DNA of 64,000 nucleotides, taken from assembly GCA_965205865.1 (NCBI GenBank), contig CBDBHR010000023.1, forward strand, positions 1 to 64,000, given 5' to 3'. Shown here piece by piece: positions 60,078 to 64,000 of the stretch. The DNA comes from a bacterium (GTDB taxonomy: Bacteria; SAR324; NAC60-12). How positions within the stretch are numbered: the stretch's first letter is position 1; every line of letters begins with the position of its first letter. The position numbers were made by a program, and so were the translations under genes. The notes beneath the pieces are model-generated. The model was not told the origin of the DNA. It saw nothing but the letters and a program-made list of their open reading frames with translations, and did not search any database.

Positions 60078-60845
60078 ATGAAACGTTTCGAGGACAAAGT
60101 GGCTATTATCACGGGGGGAGCTCAAGGGATTGGGGAAGCAACCACCCGGAGACTCGCCAACGAGGGCGCCATGACGGCCATTCTGGACATCCAGCTTGAG
60201 AAAGCACAGGCGGTGGCTGAGGAGATCCTCTCCCAGGGAGGAAAAAAGTCGATCGCGGTGAAGATGGATGTGACCGACAGCCAGGAGGTGAAGCGCGCAG
60301 TCCGGGAAGTGGAGGAGACCTTTGGAAGGGTGGACGTCCTGATAAACAATGTCGGTAGGGAGGAGCAAGGGCTTTTTATTGAGAGTACCGAGGAGAGCTG
60401 GGACTGGAAAATAGCGCTGAATCTCAGGGGACCCATGACGGTGACCAAAGCCGTCCTGGAGGGGATGGTCCCCAGAAAGTATGGCAGAATTGTCAATATT
60501 AGTTCTGATGCAGGTCGGGCCGGGCAATTCGGTGAAGCGGCTTATGGAGCCGCCAAGGCTGGGATCATCGCCTTGACCAAGGTTTGGGCACGAGAGCTCA
60601 TGGAACATAATATCACGGTGAACAGTGTTGCCCCTTTAGCCACGACTCCTGGAAGTGCCCTTAATGGGAAGCGATGGGGGGAGTCAAATGCTTTTAAAAA
60701 GAGTCCTCCCTCTCCTCCTAAATTGTACGACAAGACGGGGACACCTGAAGAAATGGCTGCGGCTGTGGCATTCTTTGCCTCGGACGAAGCAAGCTATATT
60801 ACTGGACAGACCCTCAGTGTGAATGGGGGGAGGTTTATGTTTTGA
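60078..60845 (+). CDS. SDR (BadH-like)
   Basis: TGGAQGIG, NISSDAGR, YGAAK and TGQTLSVNGG motifs. Confidence 0.88.
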   Translation: MKRFEDKVAIITGGAQGIGEATTRRLANEGAMTAILDIQLEKAQAVAEEILSQGGKKSIAVKMDVTDSQEVKRAVREVEETFGRVDVLINNVGREEQGLFIESTEESWDWKIALNLRGPMTVTKAVLEGMVPRKYGRIVNISSDAGRAGQFGEAAYGAAKAGIIALTKVWARELMEHNITVNSVAPLATTPGSALNGKRWGESNAFKKSPPSPPKLYDKTGTPEEMAAAVAFFASDEASYITGQTLSVNGGRFMF

Positions 60846-60879
60846 GAAGGAGAGCTTTATGATTTAGAGCGTTTGTTCC

Positions 60880-61581
60880 GTGCCGATGAAGCTCCTGTGG
60901 GGCTCTTCCATCGACAATCCGGTCAGCTATTCCGGGGAGCACTATCGCCTCGAGGACGCCCATCTCTCTTTGCTGCCGGTCCAGAAGCCCCATCCGCCCA
61001 TCTATATCGGCGCATTCACGTCGACGAATCTGTTCAACATCATTGGCGAGATGTGCCAGGGCTGGCTGTCGGGCAATCCGAATACGGAGGCCTCCTTCAA
61101 GAGAAAGGTCTCCGTGATGAGCAATGCGGCGGAGCGGTCGGGCCGGAGCATCGACGAGATCGATGTTATAGCGCAAATTCCCTTCGCCGTTAGTGAGACA
61201 CGTTCCGTGCGGGAGAAGGCAAAGCAACTCTTGAAGAAGACGTTGGTCTTCCACACAAGGCTCCTGAAGGATCTGGGTGTGGAAGTCGCGGACGGATCTT
61301 CACGGAAGGATCTGGAGTATCAGTACATTACGCCCACCGCGGACTATGCGAATGAATTAAACAGGGCCGTCGAACAGCTTCAAGTCCCGGACGAGGCGCT
61401 CGATCGAGGGATCGATGAGATGATGGCGGTGGGATCCCTCCAGCAATGTCTCGATACTTTCGAGAAGTTCGTGAACTTGGGTGCGACGAACATTCTTGCA
61501 GTTCCCCTCATCGCCGATGAGGAGAGTGACGAAATCCTGTCCAAAAAAATCATCCCTTATTTCAAATCGAGAGGCTCATGA
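60880..61581 (+). pseudogene. LLM-class oxidoreductase lacking its N-terminus
   Basis: SGEHYRL...PVQKPHPPIYIG and C-terminal half only. Confidence 0.7.
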
Positions 61582-61606
61582 AAGTCATCAATAAAAGAGG
61601 GAAATC

Positions 61607-61918
61607 ATGAGACTGAAAGACAAGGCCGCTTTTATCAGCGGGGGAGCCAGGGGCTTGGGCGCAGCGATGGCCACGCTGTTTGCCAGGGAAGGGATCCGCG
61701 TCAACTGCATAATGCCGGCCAACATCGAAACAATGATGATCGCCCACTTTTTGGAGGAGGAGGAATCTCGACAGGACCTGTTCAACAGTATTCCCCTGGG
61801 CCACGCGGGCCAGCCGGAAGACGTGGCCTACGGCGCCCTTTACCTGGCTTCGAACGAGTCCTCTTTTGTCACCGGCAGCGATTTGGTCATTGACGGTGGA
61901 GCAACCGCAGGGAGGTGA
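61607..61918 (+). pseudogene. SDR with a large in-frame internal deletion
   Basis: ATLFA joined to REGIRVN; NNAG and YxxxK lost; compare 6173-6913. Confidence 0.85.
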
Positions 61919-61979
61919 TAAATGGTTCCCATGCTTCGCGTGGGAACCCGAGAACAAACTGAATTCCCAGGAGCTATCT

Positions 61980-63065
61980 ATGCCAATATTAACCAAACAT
62001 CAGATTGTCCGTATAACAGATGTGATGTTGCAGGCGGGAGGAGCCCCGGCCGGCCACGCTGGTATCGTGGCGGACCACCTGGCCCATGCCAATCTTGCGG
62101 GATACGATTCCCATGGGTTCATTCGCCTACCCCAGTACCTGAAAGAAATTGAGGAAGGCGTTGTCGATCCAAGGGCAGAGCCGGAAGTCGTTGGCGACCA
62201 TGGGGCGATCCTCCAGGTTGATGGCCATTCTACCTTCGGACAGGTGGTTGCCACGCGAGCGACCGAAATGGCGATCGAGAAGGCTCGTGATCATGGAGTC
62301 AGCTTGGTTAGTATGGGAAACCTGACTCATACGGGTCGAATCGGAACCTACCCTGAAATGGCAGCAGCGGCCGGCCTGGCTGCCATCATGTTTACGGGCT
62401 GGGCGGGAAAACCGTGGGCCCCCCTGGTTCCCTTTGGAGGACGCGAGGGCCGACTCGGTTCGAACCCTTTAGCGATGGCATTTCCTCATGCCGAAGGCGC
62501 CCCGGTTCTGCTTGATATTTCTACCTCGATCACCTCTGAGGGTAAGATACGGGTATACCGTAACAAGGAACAGGAGCTTCCGGATACTTGGATCATTGAT
62601 AAGCATGGGGTCCCCAGTAGGAACCCGAACGATTTCTACGATGGGGGTGCGCAATTTCCCGTCGGTGGCATGCAAGGCGGCTACAAGGGATATGCGCTCT
62701 CGGTAATGATCGCGCTTTTCGGGGGACTTCTTGGCCAGATTGCTGTCCCTCAAGGAAAGACTTATATGGCGGAAATGTGTGAAGGATCCACGATACTCGC
62801 CATCGACATAGGCCGCATGGCGCCCCTGGAAACCATCCGGGCCGAGGTCCAACAGATGATGAGATACCTTCAAGACACCCCCCCGATGGAAGGATCAAGC
62901 GGGGTTTTCTTTCCGGGGGAAAGATCCGCCAATACCCGCCAAGAGCGATTGGCCCAGGGCATCCCTGTAGATCCCACCACTTGGGCTCAGGTAGAAGCCC
63001 TCTTCGACCAATACGGGGTCCGTGACCAATTGGTGAATGTCCTTCTCTCTGGAGGAAATCCTTAG
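61980..63065 (+). CDS. Ldh_2 family oxidoreductase, copy 3
   Basis: Nearly identical to 4978-6063. Confidence 0.92.
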   Translation: MPILTKHQIVRITDVMLQAGGAPAGHAGIVADHLAHANLAGYDSHGFIRLPQYLKEIEEGVVDPRAEPEVVGDHGAILQVDGHSTFGQVVATRATEMAIEKARDHGVSLVSMGNLTHTGRIGTYPEMAAAAGLAAIMFTGWAGKPWAPLVPFGGREGRLGSNPLAMAFPHAEGAPVLLDISTSITSEGKIRVYRNKEQELPDTWIIDKHGVPSRNPNDFYDGGAQFPVGGMQGGYKGYALSVMIALFGGLLGQIAVPQGKTYMAEMCEGSTILAIDIGRMAPLETIRAEVQQMMRYLQDTPPMEGSSGVFFPGERSANTRQERLAQGIPVDPTTWAQVEALFDQYGVRDQLVNVLLSGGNP

Positions 63066-63144
63066 AATGGCCATAAGGAATTGTTAGGCGCCCAAGGGGA
63101 TGACTGAGATTCACTCGTTCCACACACTGGTTGGGCTGACTGTC

Positions 63145-63543
63145 TTATGGAAAGTTTTCCCATACGACTTCAACCGGATAATGGGTAAATACTGGATCAC
63201 GGCTCACTAAGATAGTGTCTTCTACATTTGCTTGTGCGATCAATAGACGATCAAATGGATCTTTATGATGGGAAGGCAAACTGTCTAATGCTAAGACATG
63301 CGTTAGACCAATGGGCAAGATCTCAATATTATTGGTCTGTCGTTGATTTTCAATTATTTCTGCCAAAGGTAGATTGAGTTTCAGTTTTCCTAATTGAAGC
63401 TTGATTTGCATTTCCCAAACGCTTGCCATACTTAAAAGAAGAATATTCGTTCGATCTCGGCACAGCGTCAAAACCGTTGAAGAAAGTTTCTCTGGTTCAC
63501 TATCCCACCAAATAAATGTGTGTGTATCCAATAACACTTTCAT
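63145..63543 (-). CDS. vapC: VapC toxin (identical protein to 4500-4898)
   Basis: Part of the inverted duplication. Confidence 0.9.
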   Translation of the reverse strand: MKVLLDTHTFIWWDSEPEKLSSTVLTLCRDRTNILLLSMASVWEMQIKLQLGKLKLNLPLAEIIENQRQTNNIEILPIGLTHVLALDSLPSHHKDPFDRLLIAQANVEDTILVSRDPVFTHYPVEVVWENFP

Positions 63544-63618
63544 GTAGTTCCTGTCCAAAATTCATCCGATAAGGGGGTATCGAAATCTGCACTCGTCCAA
63601 ATTGCCCCGGTATGCAAT
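63540..63618 (-). pseudogene. Antitoxin 3' remnant cut by IS256
   Basis: Mirror of 4425-4503; homology stops at 63618. Confidence 0.85.
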
Positions 63619-63619
63619 A

Positions 63620-64000
63620 GAGCTATAATCGAATCTGGTGTTTGAGGAATTGAAAAAAGGCGGCATATCTGGTTGACTAGAATTTTCGAATATCAATCAA
63701 CCAAATAAAAAGGATATGCCACTATGGGAAAGAACAGCATTTTAGAGTTCGATAATAAAGAGAGTGTTTCAGATGTTCTGAACGAGTTGTTACGAGACGG
63801 GGCACAGCAATTAATACGTCAGGCAGTAGAAACAGAATTGAGCGAGTATTTGTCTCAGCATCAACGCATAGCCGATGATGGAAGGCTTGCGTTGGTACGC
63901 AACGGCTACCTGCCAAAACGAGAAATCCTGACAGGTATAGGCCCAGTCAGTGTCCGCATCCCCAAGGTACGTTCAAAAGATGGGAAGGCACTGACTTTCC
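63620..64000 (+). mobile_element. IS256-family element, 5' part (transposase from 63724)
   Basis: MGKNSILEF...LLRDGAQQLIRQAVETEL...VRNGYLPKREILTGIGPVSVRIPKVR. Confidence 0.88.

Noticed and set aside
4978-63065. Paralog divergence as diversity-generating retroelement activity
   Set aside because: No reverse transcriptase gene, and the differences are not adenine-specific

Overview
64-kb accessory and partly decaying catabolic region, probably from a sigma54-using Gram-negative host (deltaproteobacteria-like regulators and repeats; inference only). It holds three paralogous, mosaic operons: family-5 ABC transporter plus BNR beta-propeller, ThuA-like protein, SDR, Ldh_2, LLM and PhyH enzymes. 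These are the left arm on the minus strand (4978-13805), the middle operon (25450-38334) and the right arm (50837-63065). A near-identical 1.6-kb inverted duplication links the two arms. The middle and right operons are each preceded by a giant (~2000 aa) pseudokinase-STAND NTPase-GAF-(PAS)-sigma54 activator, and each has a matching set of three palindromic sites and a -24/-12 promoter. The most unusual feature is that each activator is capped by the N-terminal DNA-binding part of a different, catalytically dead transposase: an IS1595 Zn-ribbon/HTH fused in frame, and an IS607 TnpA joined through a -1 shift at an A7 run. Also present are IS66, IS1380, ISL3, two IS1182 (both in REP-like loops), an ISNCY-like element, IS256, several MITEs, a RAYT relic and several toxin-antitoxin modules, including a Fic toxin with a convergent antitoxin. 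Inserts are repeatedly bracketed by duplicated 3' gene ends. No rRNA, tRNA or CRISPR array was seen. All calls come from reading the sequence; no database searches were run.
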